Position numbers and translations under genes: made by a program. From positions 2,046,001 through 2,110,000 of the forward strand of contig NC_087263.1 in assembly GCF_037042905.1 (NCBI RefSeq): 64,000 nucleotides of DNA. The letters run 5' to 3'. Origin of the DNA: Lytechinus pictus. Taxonomy: Eukaryota. Shown here one piece after another: positions 25,501 to 38,500 of this stretch (positions are counted from its first letter, which is position 1; the number at the start of each line of letters is the position of its first letter). The notes under the pieces were generated by a model. The model ran no database searches. It was not told where the DNA came from and saw only the letters and a program-made list of their open reading frames with translations.

Positions 25501-28500
25501 ACAAATATAAATTTAAACGAAGTCAATAAAGAGATCATTGATGGTACCACTGCAAATTAGAAGAAATACTGTACTAACACTCTAAAGTAATTTGCACCAA
25601 AAAGACAAGAATGAAAAATCAAGATTTTGTAAGTCCATCGTCATTCATTTCGATAAACAAATGACGTCGATAACACTTTAATTGCATTTCCAATAAAATG
25701 GACTGTCATCGATCAATGTTTTCCTGGAGAATGATAAAATCTTATTAACCAATTTTTCTTTGAAAAAAACCCCGATACTTAACACTAGGTAGTGGGATCG
25801 AAAGCAGGAGTCAAACTCAAAACATAACGGGCTGGAGTTAATACACTCTAAAAACCAATCAGTTAAAAAATGATCAGTTAATAGGGTCAGGTGGGTGCAA
25901 ATGTTATTCTAGTCATATTTGACTATTTTCTAGTCATATTTTACCAGAACAAGAGTTGTTATTTTTTTACACGAAAAAATGTCGGAAATGTGATCAGACA
26001 TATTCGTTACACCCAACTGACTACTGGTCTAGTCAATTTGACTGATTTGCTTTAAGAGTGTAGTAAACAGAAAGTTTTCGGTTCCACGACGCACGAAGCC
26101 TTTGGGAACAGGACAATTTATTGTCAATTGCCTTTCATAAACTAGAGCAGTCTTTGTCAAAGGTTAGTGATTCAGAGAAGCAGTTTCGTCCTTGACTCTT
26201 GACAAAGTTCATATTGCTATTTTTCGTCAGTTCAGAAACTGACCATGAACTGCTGTTTGGTTCACCAATTCAAGGTTCAAGAATAAACCTTGAACCTTGC
26301 AGAAAGACCCTTTCACGGCGGCCATTTTGAAAAATCCAAGATGGCGGCCATATAGGGGTCGGTGCAGATGAATCATTGGTTCACCAATCAAAAACCTTGA
26401 ACTTTGAATTTTCGCAAAGACATCTTAGCAGTATATTGCTATTTGACGGGTGTTTTCAATCCATTTGTTGTTTTCTTGATTCCTTCCCGTTGCGAAAGTC
26501 CCTATCATTGTGTATAATGCATTATCATGAAGATTAAATGGGATATACAATACATATTGCCATGATGCCATGGCGAACTTACAGAACAGGACTTCCTGTT
26601 TCTTTATACTCCTCTAGGATCGCCACACTGCCGTTCCACTTGGTGGGACTAGTACCATCATCATAGGATCCACTCCAGTTACCGACCAGTATGCCTGTAA
26701 GACCTCGACCAGATTCATTAATGATCGAAGACATCACCCGAGATACCTTAAAAAACACACAGAAGAGAAGACAATCAATTTGTACCTATGTACCGATATC
26801 AAGCCGTTATTAATTTTGAAGAAGCAAGAGTAAACAACGATAAAAACATTTTTCAACACTTTTTGGAAGTTCCCTTTGGCAGCAAAGCTGTTGGGGGCAA
26901 TATTGGTACACCATACAGAGTTTATTATCATTATTATTATTATTTAGGCCTGTAGATCACCATAGATAAAGCCGAAAGGCAGCGTCCACTCGTCTCAGAG
27001 CAAGGACAACATTTCTAAACTTCTGTATCTTTTGATAACTCACCTTAACGGGATTCCACCTGTCTTCCGCTTTGATATGATCCTCAAGAAGCTGAAAGAC
27101 CACTTCTCTGACATCAAGGTCGAACTGTCCAAAGTTCCATTTCTTGGCGTGGAAGTTCTTATAGGATCCACGCCAGATAAGACCCATGTCCTCCATGACA
27201 TATTCCTGTCTCTCGTCTTCGCTCTCGAGGAACACCGAGTCCTTTTCACACCAAGGGTTGAAGAGCATGTTGATTTTGTTTTTCCTTTGGGCAAACTCTC
27301 GTCGCACGCCAGACTTGAGGTACTTGACAATGACGGTCAGCATGTAGCAGCCAACAATGGCTGTGGGGGCGCTCTTCACCTTTACCTGCAGGTGCATGTC
27401 CAAGATAATTGTACAAATAATTATCGTCTTATTTTAGACCTTAGCAGTAAAATAATCGAATTATATACCAACACAGATAATATAATCTTAGAAGATTAAT
27501 TCCCAACAAATATGAATTTGTTTCTGGATATTCAATATCCCTTTCAAGGGAGGTATGCAAAGCTTTGGAATGAGATCAAATTGGTTGTGTGTCAACATTG
27601 CCTCCAGTAGGCCTACCCCTTGGTAATGTTGGCATTCACTAACTCGCATAGAAGGTTGTCATTGAAGGGCCTATTGCAGTACTGGCCTATTGCATTGTAG
27701 TAATGCAAGGAATGTCCGAGGATAGAACTAATATTAGAGGAAGTAAGAAGAAAGCAGGTAAAAGGCATTGATAAAGGCTAAGGACCATACCAATTAACTA
27801 TGTGACATTATACCTTCACAGATTTTTCCTCGATCGATTCAACATTGACACTCCATTCTCCTTCTTCATTTGGACCGTTCAGAGGAAGGGTTATCATGGT
27901 TCCATTCGTAGGTCGGGGAATCTTTGCTACAATAAAAAAAAAAGCAATTAAAAAGCGAATGTGAACAGACGGTGAACAACCCTAATAGATAATGTCGGAT
28001 CACTCTTGGTTAAAGGCAACGCTATACCTGCAGAAGGTGACACTCTTAAAAATGTTGGGCAACATACTGTCCACACAACAAGTGGTTAAAACTTGATCCA
28101 ATTCTGGGTAGTTTTAAACCAATAATGTGTGCTTTGGTTGAAAACTAGACACAGTATTGATTGAAAACTACCCAGAGTTAGATGATTTTTTTAACCAGTT
28201 GTTAGACAGTATGTTACCAAACATTTAAAAGTGTACCGTCTACCCATTTACTTGGATATCGTAATGCAGCAAAAAAGAAAGATTCAGAGCTAAAAACAAT
28301 AAATATTGCAAGAAAGTTAATTACCTTGGGTGCAGCATACATAAAGTTTTGTGTGAATATAAGTCAATTTTGTAAATGAATTCCACTATTATATCACAAA
28401 TTCATCTTTTGGAAACATTCTTACTGTTTACAGCAAATCGTAGAAGTATCTTTTCTATTTCTGGACAGTACTTCCGGTTAAGATTGACCTCCATGGTGAA

Positions 28501-29739
28501 TTCTTGACCTCTCCTGACAATCAAGCAAGGGTTTCCACTCGCGTCCTGTTCAAACTCATCGGTATGATGTGCTTTCGCATTTTCTAATTCCTAAGGATCA
28601 TTAAGGACATAGAGAAAGCAGGGAGTCATGTTCAGTTTACATCGGTCTAATCTACCTTCCTAATGAACCTGACATGTATTACAAACTAAAAAAAAAAGAG
28701 ATAGATTCCCGTATGATGGATCAAAATCGGACAATAACCTTGAATTTAATTGTGTGATTGGGTTTAATTATGAAGCATAATGCGGACCTTGGTATTGCAA
28801 CAACACCACTACCATTCTCATTCTAATGGGCGCAACAACAACATATCAATAATACATGATGATGTTGATAATGATGATGACGGTGATGATGTTGGTGTTT
28901 ATGCTTAAAACTTAGTCATTACCGGCACCACCATCATCAAAACCATATTCTTATTATTATTCTCGTTTATTTGGTTTTTTTTCTTTCCTCCTCCTACCCC
29001 TTATCAATCTTTATCATTATTAACCACGTCATCATCATTATCATTATCACTATCTTAATTATTATCTAATTTTTATCATTTTTGCTGATGTCATTTTAAT
29101 CAATTGAGTAATAAGATAACAATAAAATGAACAAATTCGCTTTTACAGGAGTTTGCTACATCTGTTGCAATGATCATTTATTTCAAATTCATCGCACGCC
29201 ATTACAAGCATATATATACTTACAAATAGATTAACCCCAGTAACGGAGAGTGATGGCAGATTGGAGAGATCAGGGGCCGCAGGAGCTGGAACAGGAGCAG
29301 GGGTCGATTCGGAGGCATTGGCAGGGGCTGGTTCAGGCTTCGCAGCTGGATCGCTTTCCGCCACAGCAGGATCCGATTCTCCTGGAGATGGATCCACTGT
29401 CTCTTCCACTGGGGGCATATTAGCTCCACCAGCTCCTCCACTGGCTGCAGAATCAGCAGCTGTACCCGGGTCTTCCGTAGGTGCTGTTCCACCTCCATCC
29501 TCCCCGGCTACCTCAGGTCCAGGAGACATAGGGGAAGTATCCGCAGGAGGAGCATCATCACCAGCATCCCCTTCATCATCGGAATCGAATCCTAGTTCCA
29601 TGGAGCTGAAGTTGATCTCAAACCACTCCCATCCTGTTTTCTTGGGGTCTGAAGAAGAGGAGCTCCGTCCATCACCTGATCTGTTGACTGTACCGGCCGG
29701 AGCTTGGCCGGAACTTGATCGGCTTGAACCTGAACCCAT
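19579..29739 (-). CDS. TGM: Transglutaminase TG-A (protein-glutamine gamma-glutamyltransferase), 12 coding exons, 856 aa
   Basis: Exons 29739-29224, 28590-28425, 27926-27814, 27385-27044, 26746-26583, 25100-24820, 24456-24384, 23271-23075, 22616-22392, 21656-21502, 20760-20567, 19723-19579. Total 2571 nt, GT-AG, in phase. Motifs [33 protein letters not shown] (Cys), WNFHVWNE (His), [11 protein letters not shown] (Asp), [27 protein letters not shown]. Confidence 0.95.
20920..21200 (-). mobile_element. tRNA-derived SINE in a TG-A intron
   Basis: Degenerate A/B boxes (GGTTCAAATCCC), same core and tail as the other copies. Confidence 0.7.
21819..22264. repeat. Long inverted repeat in a TG-A intron (arms of about 158 bp, spacer of about 130 bp)
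   Basis: 21819-21976 is the near-perfect reverse complement of 22106-22264. Confidence 0.9.
24481..24634. mobile_element. Palindromic PIF/Harbinger-like MITE next to a TG-A acceptor
   Basis: GGGCCTGTTGCATAAAACTTTTTACCTGAGAAAACTC / GAGTTTTCTCAGGTAAAAAGTTTTATGCAACGGGCCC. Other short-TIR MITEs at 23624-23788, 23790-24053, 25144-25272, 43585-43755, 55377-55525 and 57450-57690. Confidence 0.7.
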
Positions 29740-30314
29740 CGTTGAAAATCTTTGAAAGGAGAAATATATTCTTAATCAAAGCACACGACCATCCCTTTAA
29801 ATAATTACTTTTTGGAACGTCTACTTTGATAAGATGCAATAGACAGCATTTTACTGACATTGAACTGATGACGGTAGGCCCCAGAGGCGGATCCAGGATT
29901 TTCCCAAAGGGGCACATGAAAATTTGACAAGCAAAAAAAATATATAAATATATATTTTTTTACCTAAAATTGAAGGTCATTTCGCTCGCGGAAAATTTGA
30001 CAAGCCAAAAAAAATGTAATCAAACTCAAAAGGGGGCACACTTGGGTAGAAACGGTATATTATTTACATTACAAATTTCGATTATGTCTGTCAAAAGGGG
30101 AGCACGCCCCCCCCCCCCCCCCCCATCCCTGGATCCGCCATTGGTAGGCCCTACAAGTTATTCTACTTTTCCTTCTGCAACGATAATGTTAACACTTTAC
30201 CTCACTTGTTAGTAATGGTAATGGAAGTAATCAAACCTATATACTAACCGATACGAGTAGAGAGGAATAATAAAACTCACATTATTGTTACGAACATAAA
30301 ATTGCGGTACTTAC

Positions 30315-30480
30315 ATTTTATTTGCAGAAACCAGTTAAAAGCAAGAAATCCATGTGATGATTGTTGTTTACTATGTGTTACTACTAGGCGATTGTAAACA
30401 GGAGACCGTGACAACTCGACCAACCAATCATTCACCCCATCAAAACCTGGACCAATTCGTCCATGTCCGAAGTGGAACCG
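30315..30480 (-). other. Candidate non-coding 5' exon of TG-A
   Basis: Strong minus-strand donor gtaagt at 30314-30309. The ATG exon begins at an acceptor (29750-29751), so an upstream exon is required. The 5' boundary is unknown. Confidence 0.4.
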
Positions 30481-31685
30481 AATGTACTCTGTGTTTTCTC
30501 ATTGCCTTATATCATGTTTTGAAACTTAAAATTAATGTGTCTCATCATAATTACGCATGACAAGGGACTAGAAATCATGATCTGTCTAACTTTCATTCAT
30601 TGAAAATATTGTTTTGTTTATATTTGAACCATAGGTTATATTGGATTCGACCTTGCGGAAAGGCCGAAGTTTCTATGAGCGAGTTGGCAGCCAACCCATG
30701 ACTGGCCACTCGCACGTTGAATTGTGTCTTTTCAAAGAAATCCAATGGCCTCCTTCCTTTTGGTGTAAGAGAAAATCGATTTCTATTGAAAGGACAAATC
30801 TGTCAATAAAGGTACCCCTTTTAGGATCAGCGGTGAAGTCGAGGCATGCGTAGGAGAGGAGTTTGAGCACCCATGCGTAGTTGACAGACGAGATATCAAC
30901 TCAACAATGTGTTTGTTTTTGATTGACGACATCGAATGATGATAAAGGAGTGAGTATATAAATGGAAAAATGTATGGATGAATATTGATTCATTGGTAAA
31001 TATGACCATTATATTATTGATTAGAGTATTTTTTTTCTTAATTTGGAAAGTATTGATCAGCCAGATATTTCGAACTTTCAAATCCCACTCACAATGTGCC
31101 ATATTATAACCTTAATGAGAGAAGTGGCATATTATAATTAAGGAGGCCGTGATTCGAACATATTAGATGCTATCCTAAAAATCATCGAGCATACATGGCA
31201 CAATGACCCTAATTGGAAATAAGCCATATCGGCTTATTGGGCTCTCCTGTCAAGGTATTTCCATACGTTAGTTACACTTCCACCTGTTGTATCATACATG
31301 AAAAATCAAATCGAATCAATCAATCTACCTTGGGCTCTTCAAAGTGTGTCCCGGTTGCCTAAATTTTATTTTCTTGGCTGTTTGAATTTGAATCAAGAGA
31401 AATACTGACAGAGGCGTTCGGATGCCAATGGGATTCTTCGCACGGCCGGTACGTACGATGCATACGACTTTAAGAACGACTGGTAAACCTTTCTGACCCT
31501 CTAAATAATACTAATGAACATTTAATAGTGAGTATCATTTACCACACACAAGAACAGATCACCAATCGTTCTTAAATTCACTCTTAACTTACGAACGACC
31601 CCCTGTAAATCTTATCAACAGTAGCAATTATTAAAATATATTTCATGGTTAAATGAACCACCATAAGCCACAATTAACCAAGTTA

Positions 31686-31750
31686 TTGTTACCTCTCGCT
31701 TGGCGTCCCGTTGCCATAGCTACATAACGCGTTGCCGGTAAACAACGGAG
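31686..31750 (-). promoter_or_regulatory. X-box-like element upstream of TG-A
   Basis: GTTACC at 31688, then GCGTCCC-GTTGCCATAGCTAC (X-box at 31710-31723), with the same 22-bp spacing as TG-B/C. Further GTTGCC at 31731 and forkhead-like GTAAACA at about 31738. Confidence 0.5.
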
Positions 31751-32083
31751 TTGGTTGCCGACCTCTATTATATATGTGCAATCATAGGAAAATAACAGAT
31801 AACTATCACACTATTATTTCGATATTCAACTTGGACGGAAAATAGGCCTAATCTCAAGAAAAAATATACGACAGCATATAGTTTTTTCTATTCATATGGG
31901 GCTGAAATATGACTGAGTTCTTTTTTACAGAGGTTGGGTGCTGAAAATTTTTTAATCAAATGCAAATCAAATTGATTATGGAGATAAAGTTGTTTTGAAA
32001 TTGTATAAAATTTTTATCTCCATCGCCCCAAGGAACGTGATGGTGGGATGAAAACAATGGCGGTAAATTTATGACCTGGTTAC

Positions 32084-32507
32084 GGTTTATTTTCAATTGG
32101 TCTAATGCCAATTCAGCAAATTACCAACTCGTGTACTATTATTAGGTCTATACCATCAGTTCGTCCACTATCCTCATGGTCTAATTGCCATTTGGTCCAC
32201 TTACCATTTCGTCTAGTAACCAGTTGTTACAATAGCCATTGAGTCCGTATACCATTTGTTCTACTTGGACCAAGTGTTAATTCGGCGAAATAAATGAAAA
32301 TACAATAGATATTAGACCAACTGGTTGTGTGACGAAATGGTTATAGACGAACTGGTGATTATACGAAATGATGATTGAACCAAATGGTTATTGGACCACA
32401 TGGTTGACGAAATGTTGATGGACAGAATCGCATTAGACTAAATGAAGGTATACTGTAGACAAAGTGATGAGTGGACGAGTTGGCAATAGACGAATTGGCA
32501 ATTTACT
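32084..32507. mobile_element. Subrepeat-rich non-autonomous element (GTCTAA/GTCCA units)
   Basis: Near-perfect 8-bp TSD CTGGTT(A/G)C at 32076-32083 and 32508-32515. Family copies at about 34720-35095 and, in the opposite orientation, 39503-39810, 40131-40313 and 40760-41143. Confidence 0.75.
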
Positions 32508-32624
32508 CTGGTTGCGACCCCCTTTGGCACTATTTATCTGCTTTATTTTTATAATTTATTGTTTACACAGATGACTTATCGATCATCGGCAGGTCGGTCG
32601 CTGGCTGGTCATACATTATCTCCT

Positions 32625-33865
32625 TTATCATCATCACCATCGTCGTCGTTACCATGATTATAATAACCATCACCGTCTACATCATCATCATCACCATCAT
32701 CATCATCGCCATATCACCATCGTTATAATCCCCATCACCATCATCATTATCATCTCCATTGCCATCATAATCACAACCGTTACCATCTTCATATAAAGCA
32801 TCATTACTGTCAAAATCATCATCACTGTTATCATCNNNNNNNNNNNNNNNNNNNNNNNNNNNNNNNNNNNNNNNNNNNNNNNNNNNNNNNNNNNNNNNNN
32901 NNNNNNNNNNNNNNNNNNNNNNNNNNNNNNNNNNNNNNNNNNNNNNNNNNNNNNNNNNNNNNNNNNNNNNNNNNNNNNNNNNNNNNNNNNNNNNNNNNNN
33001 NNNNNNNNNNNNNNNNNNNNNNNNNNNNNNNNNNNNNNNNNNNNNNNNNNNNNNNNNNNNNNNNNNNNNNNNNNNNNNNNNNNNNNNNTATCATAATCAT
33101 CATCAACAACATCATCACCGTCACCATTATCATCCCCATCGCCATAATAACCATCACCGTCATCATCATTATACNNNNNNNNNNNNNNNNNNNNNNNNNN
33201 NNNNNNNNNNNNNNNNNNNNNNNNNNNNNNNNNNNNNNNNNNNNNNNNNNNNNNNNNNNNNNNNNNNNNNNNNNNNNNNNNNNNNNNNNNNNNNNNNNNN
33301 NNNNNNNNNNNNNNNNNNNNNNNNNNNNNNNNNNNNNNNNNNNNNNNNNNNNNNNNNNNNNNNNNNNNNNNNNNNNNNCATCGCCATAATAACCATCACC
33401 GTCATCATCATTATANNNNNNNNNNNNNNNNNNNNNNNNNNNNNNNNNNNNNNNNNNNNNNNNNNNNNNNNNNNNNNNNNNNNNNNNNNNNNNNNNNNNN
33501 NNNNNNNNNNNNNNNNNNNNNNNNNNNNNNNNNNNNNNNNNNNNNNNNNNNNNNNNNCATCGCCATAATAACCATCACCGTCATCATCATTATANNNNNN
33601 NNNNNNNNNNNNNNNNNNNNNNNNNNNNNNNNNNNNNNNNNNNNNNNNNNNNNNNNNNNNNNNNNNNNNNNNNNNNNNNNNNNNNNNNNNNNNNNNNNNN
33701 NNNNNNNNNNNNNNNNNNNNNNNNNNNNNNNNNNNNCATCGCCATAATAACCATCACCGTCATCATCATTATACTAGTAATTACCATTACCGTCATCATC
33801 ATCATCATCATCTCCATCCCCATCATCACCATCCTCTTCCTCATCATCATCATTATCATCATCAT
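32625..33865. repeat. (CAT)n micro/minisatellite, poorly assembled (several N gaps)
   Basis: The same 37-mer recurs between N-runs. Confidence 0.9.
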
Positions 33866-35584
33866 GAAGTCATGGATAATGATAATGAAACATGTTTTCA
33901 TAGTGCAAATACGTAGGCGCAAGTGCATGATTGCAGGATTAAATCAAATGCAATTATCAGAGAAAAAATGTTTCAGTTAAACACGTTTTATAATTTAATG
34001 TACAGCACATATTTTCGGAATCAAATTTATCATACACATTTACTCAGGGGGGGAAACAATGAAGTGCTAAATAATTGAGCACTCTGGGAGCTTGTATAGG
34101 GACTGCACCTCGTGACTGACTTGATTTAGTAATTCAAATTCGAATTAACACTCCAAAGTACAGTCAATATACAAGCTATATATTGTGATAAATAAGCACT
34201 TTATATTTTTGAGTGTTCGTGTATGATGTTTACACACGCACGGACGTTATACATTGTAGGCCTACAAACACACTGCAATTCTGCAAATGAGTTTATATTA
34301 TGTTTCGCAGTAATCAACATCAACAGACGTTAAAATACACGGTCCATGAACTTGGTACAAAAAAAAAAGATAATTAAGGGTGAAGAAATGTCGATTTTAC
34401 ACTTACTCTGAATTCCTTTTGGCTTTGATACATACTTTCTGAAAAAAAATAAAACATACTACTTAAACTGGACGGATATTTTCGTTTTCCTAATATCGAC
34501 AGGCAATGACAGTGCTACACAACTTTCGTGGAACAATCACGCATCAATGTAATTAATAAAATCATGATAAAACTCCTAACTTAGAATAAGCATAAAATAT
34601 TTACAGTTCACATAAATTGACAGTAAGACAATGACCATCCATCGTTTTAGCCACACACCTCAAGTTCTGAAAAAAACAATTCTTAATGCCTCAGTAAATC
34701 CCGGCACACGTAAATTAAACGGTTTATTTTCAATTGGTCTAATGCCAAAAGATGAATTACCAACTCGTCTACTATCATTTGGTCTACAATCAATTCGTGA
34801 ACTAACCACTCGGTTTAATTGCCATTTCATTCAATACTCATCATTTCGTGTAATAACCAGTTGGGCCAATGGCCATTTAGTCCATATACCATTTGGCATG
34901 TTTGGTGTAAATGGCCGAAATGTGAATTGGGCGAAATGAATGAAAATCAAATGGATATAAGACCAACTGGTTATGAGACAAAATGGTCATAGACGAACTG
35001 GTGATAAGACGAAATGATGATTGGTCCAAATGGTTATTGGATCAAATGGTTGTTAGACGAAATGTTGATGGATGGAATAGCATTTGACTAAATGAAATAT
35101 TTGAATATCCCATGAAAACGCAGGCCTATATGCCTACCCTGTATATAAAGAGCCTGAATTATCTGAATCTCTATCGTTAATTTTCTTTCGAATCTATACC
35201 GTGATATCTATACTCCAAAACGTGTCAAATGCATAATTTCAAACGCCTGTATCCATGGTGATATCAATTTACCTTGATTTATTGCAGTGTTGCTCTATGG
35301 AGTCCTAGAACTCATTTTATAACAAAAGCAACTCTAAAGCCCAGTGTTAAAATCGACATGTGGTGTCCCTATTGAGAACCAACCGTGAGGTGTTGATTTA
35401 CACCCTTGAGATTGATAACAACACCAAAGGGTGTCACAGTAATATCCTAATGTGTTGTAAAACACCAATATATGTTCAACTAACACCAAAATTTTAACAC
35501 CAGAATAAATGACTGAATGTGGCTCTCCCTGTACATCAATCAGCATAAAAGTGACATTCGTGATCATTGATGTTGATTAAAGAT

Positions 35585-38500
35585 CTAGACTTCTACTTTG
35601 ACCGAGCCAGTGACGTCCTTGATTAGGTTTGTATCGAGTTCGACGATCACCGTCTTACGTCCAGACGATCTCGATGGGAATCGGATTTCTCTCTCGATCA
35701 TCTCGTTAGGTTCAATATCCCTGAATCAAAAGGTAAATTATGACGTGTTTTGATTTAAAAAGAAAATGGAAAATATATTCATTACCGCTAGAAAATATTT
35801 CTGATATAATAATAACACAGCAGCAACAACATTAATAATAATAATAGTAAGAAGAAGAAGAAGAATAAAAAAAAAACGAAGAAGTAGAATTATAATATCA
35901 CCACTTTTCTTTTCTATGTTATTACATGAAGTGATAACTATTTCATTTCTTCATACATAATGTGTAAATATTATATCTCTCTCAGTATGCAGCAATACTT
36001 ATCTTATATATAAAATCAGTTGTCAGCCCATTTTGTTTTCAGTCTTGGCAGAGAGAATAATGTAATTTCATGTATGAATAACATAGAAAAGATTAAATGG
36101 GGATATGGCATCATCAATTCGCTCACAACATATTTATGAAGACATTCATGGAAATGTTTCATCGAAATAATGCAAAACTTCGAAATGTCATATCTTTGTT
36201 ATTCCCTGTCCGATATTGATTAAAATTGCATTGTTTTGTTTGTCTGATTTTACCTATCTGTTTAAATCATATGGTCTTCTGCCTGGTGTACTCATTTGAT
36301 ATGCCAGCTGGCTTGCTATGTGGCGTGCTAACGGGAGGGCTTGGGGACTCTTGCTCCCCCCCCAAAAAAAAAAAAATAATAATAATAATAATAATAAATG
36401 AATAAATAAATGAAAAAAAATAAAATAAATCACGACCAAGAAAAAAAAAGAGAAAAGGAAAGAGAGATAGGTGTAATAAAATATTATTTTCTGGATATGA
36501 TGTCAAAATCTAACACAAAATTTGATATTTTTTAAATAAAAAAAAATGTTTGCTCGCTTGCTTCGCTCACTTGATTAGTTTTTTTTTACGCGATATGCCA
36601 TATCCAACCCCTTAAAAAAAATGGCTCATTACGCCACGGCTTGCTACTCACTCCGTGTTGACACTGAAAGGTCTGACGAGCTTTGGTGCTTCGACAGTAA
36701 ATGTACAACCAGTCAGGCGTTTATTCAGAGGATTCTTGAACTTAACCGTCAGTTTGACCTCTTTCCCATTGACGTCACCTTTGACCTCGAGGTCAGGCTG
36801 CTTGAACCTGAAAATCTCCTTACAGATAACTGGAGTTTTGCTGCCCTAGACGGATCAAAATAAATAGAAAGTAATAATAATCAACCACTGCGCAACTAAT
36901 ATGGATACAAACATAGAACAAAAAAAAATACCCATCAATCAAAATAGTTTAACTTTCCATAAGCAGGAGAAAGACAAGCAAAGGAAATGCGAAAAGGGCT
37001 TCATTCTTTCCTCTCTTGTTTTGTTTGTCTTTTCTTTCCTGTTTTATCATTTTCTTTCCCCTTCTTCCTTTTCGCTTTATATCGTGATCAATTATTTGCT
37101 ACATATTATTTAAATAACTTAAACTGTATAAATACATAAATCGAACCTTGACAGTCGCGATTGCTCTGACTTGAAACATTCCTTCATCATCAAGCTTATC
37201 CCCATAATCCTCTTCGTATGTGAGATGAATTGACTGGCTTATGCTTTCCTTGTCATTAACGATATATTTCATTTCATCTTTTTTGATAATGTCCTTCGGC
37301 AAACCTGTAGGGAGATGACGATTCGGGGAAATAAGACACAGAAATACAGAGAAAGAGAGGGAGGGAGAGAAGGGGGAAGAGGAAAGGGATTACTTCTGAT
37401 TTCCATGAAAATCATGAAAAATTACAATATTCATAAATAATTATCGCTCGATCAGAGTTCAAAATCACAGAAAAAAAAGAAAAAATTAATTATGAAAAAT
37501 TGCAGAGCAAATACTAAAGCATGCTAATGATTGTTTATCGTCGGAGGCAACCTTTGTTGCCATGGTTACAGGCCACACCTTCAAGCTTACCTGTGTAAAG
37601 AATACTTCTAATCTCTATATCAAGCTCAATCTCCTTTGGATACTCAAACTCATTTTTCGTTTCAACCTGGACACTGGCGGACTTTCCGATCCACAGGTCA
37701 TCCTAGTGTTAGAAATAAAGAGAAAGATACAGAAAAAGAAGCATAAATGATTATAAAGCAATATTCAGAAACTACACTCTTAAAACAAATCAGTCAAATT
37801 GACTAGACAAGTAGTCAGCTGGGTGCAACTGATATGCTAGTTACATTTCTGACATACATTCTACTTAGAAATAACTCTTTTCTAGTAAAATACGACTAGA
37901 AAAATAGTCAAATATGACTATAATAACAGTTGCACCCAGCTGACCCTATTAACTAGTCATTTTTGACTGATTTTTTTAGAGTGTAGGGTGTTAGAATTTA
38001 TACCAGGTGGTGTCCCTAAAGGAACACACCCTTAAAGTGAAGGAATTATACTCTAAAGTGGTTTAAACATATCAAAGAAAGTGTTGAAGTAATAACATGG
38101 GTATTTTGAACATGCTAAACACGCCCATGCCACTAATATAAGTATAATATTGACCACGTAAGTGACTCGTATTCTCATTGGTACTAGGTCATATTATCAT
38201 CTTGAAGGTATACAAATTTCAAAAGTTTAAGAATTTTCCACAGGACACGGCAGTGTCTTTTTATAACCCGACAAAATATACAAAAATTCGTAAATTCTTC
38301 TTACGAATGACTTGGAAATTGCACGGCAGCATACAACACAAATCGTAAATTGACCGTACGTCTGACGAAAGAACAGCTGCAATTCTTACCATTGCTTACG
38401 AAAGACGTAATAATTTTATGGCCATTCTATAACAGAAAATCATTTTGTTTCTTAAGACGGACTTTATCTATTCTTGCGATTTAAACAGCATTCGCGCGAA

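Noticed and set aside
29261-29755. Long antisense ORFs over TG exons (also 27032-27499 and 59062-59574)
   Set aside because: Shadow frames of real coding exons with no independent motifs.
33137-33773. Identical 37-mer repeated four times with regular spacing, resembling a CRISPR array
   Set aside because: The spacers are N gaps, the repeat is low-complexity CAT sequence, the context is eukaryotic and there are no cas genes. It is an unresolved satellite or gap-filling artefact.
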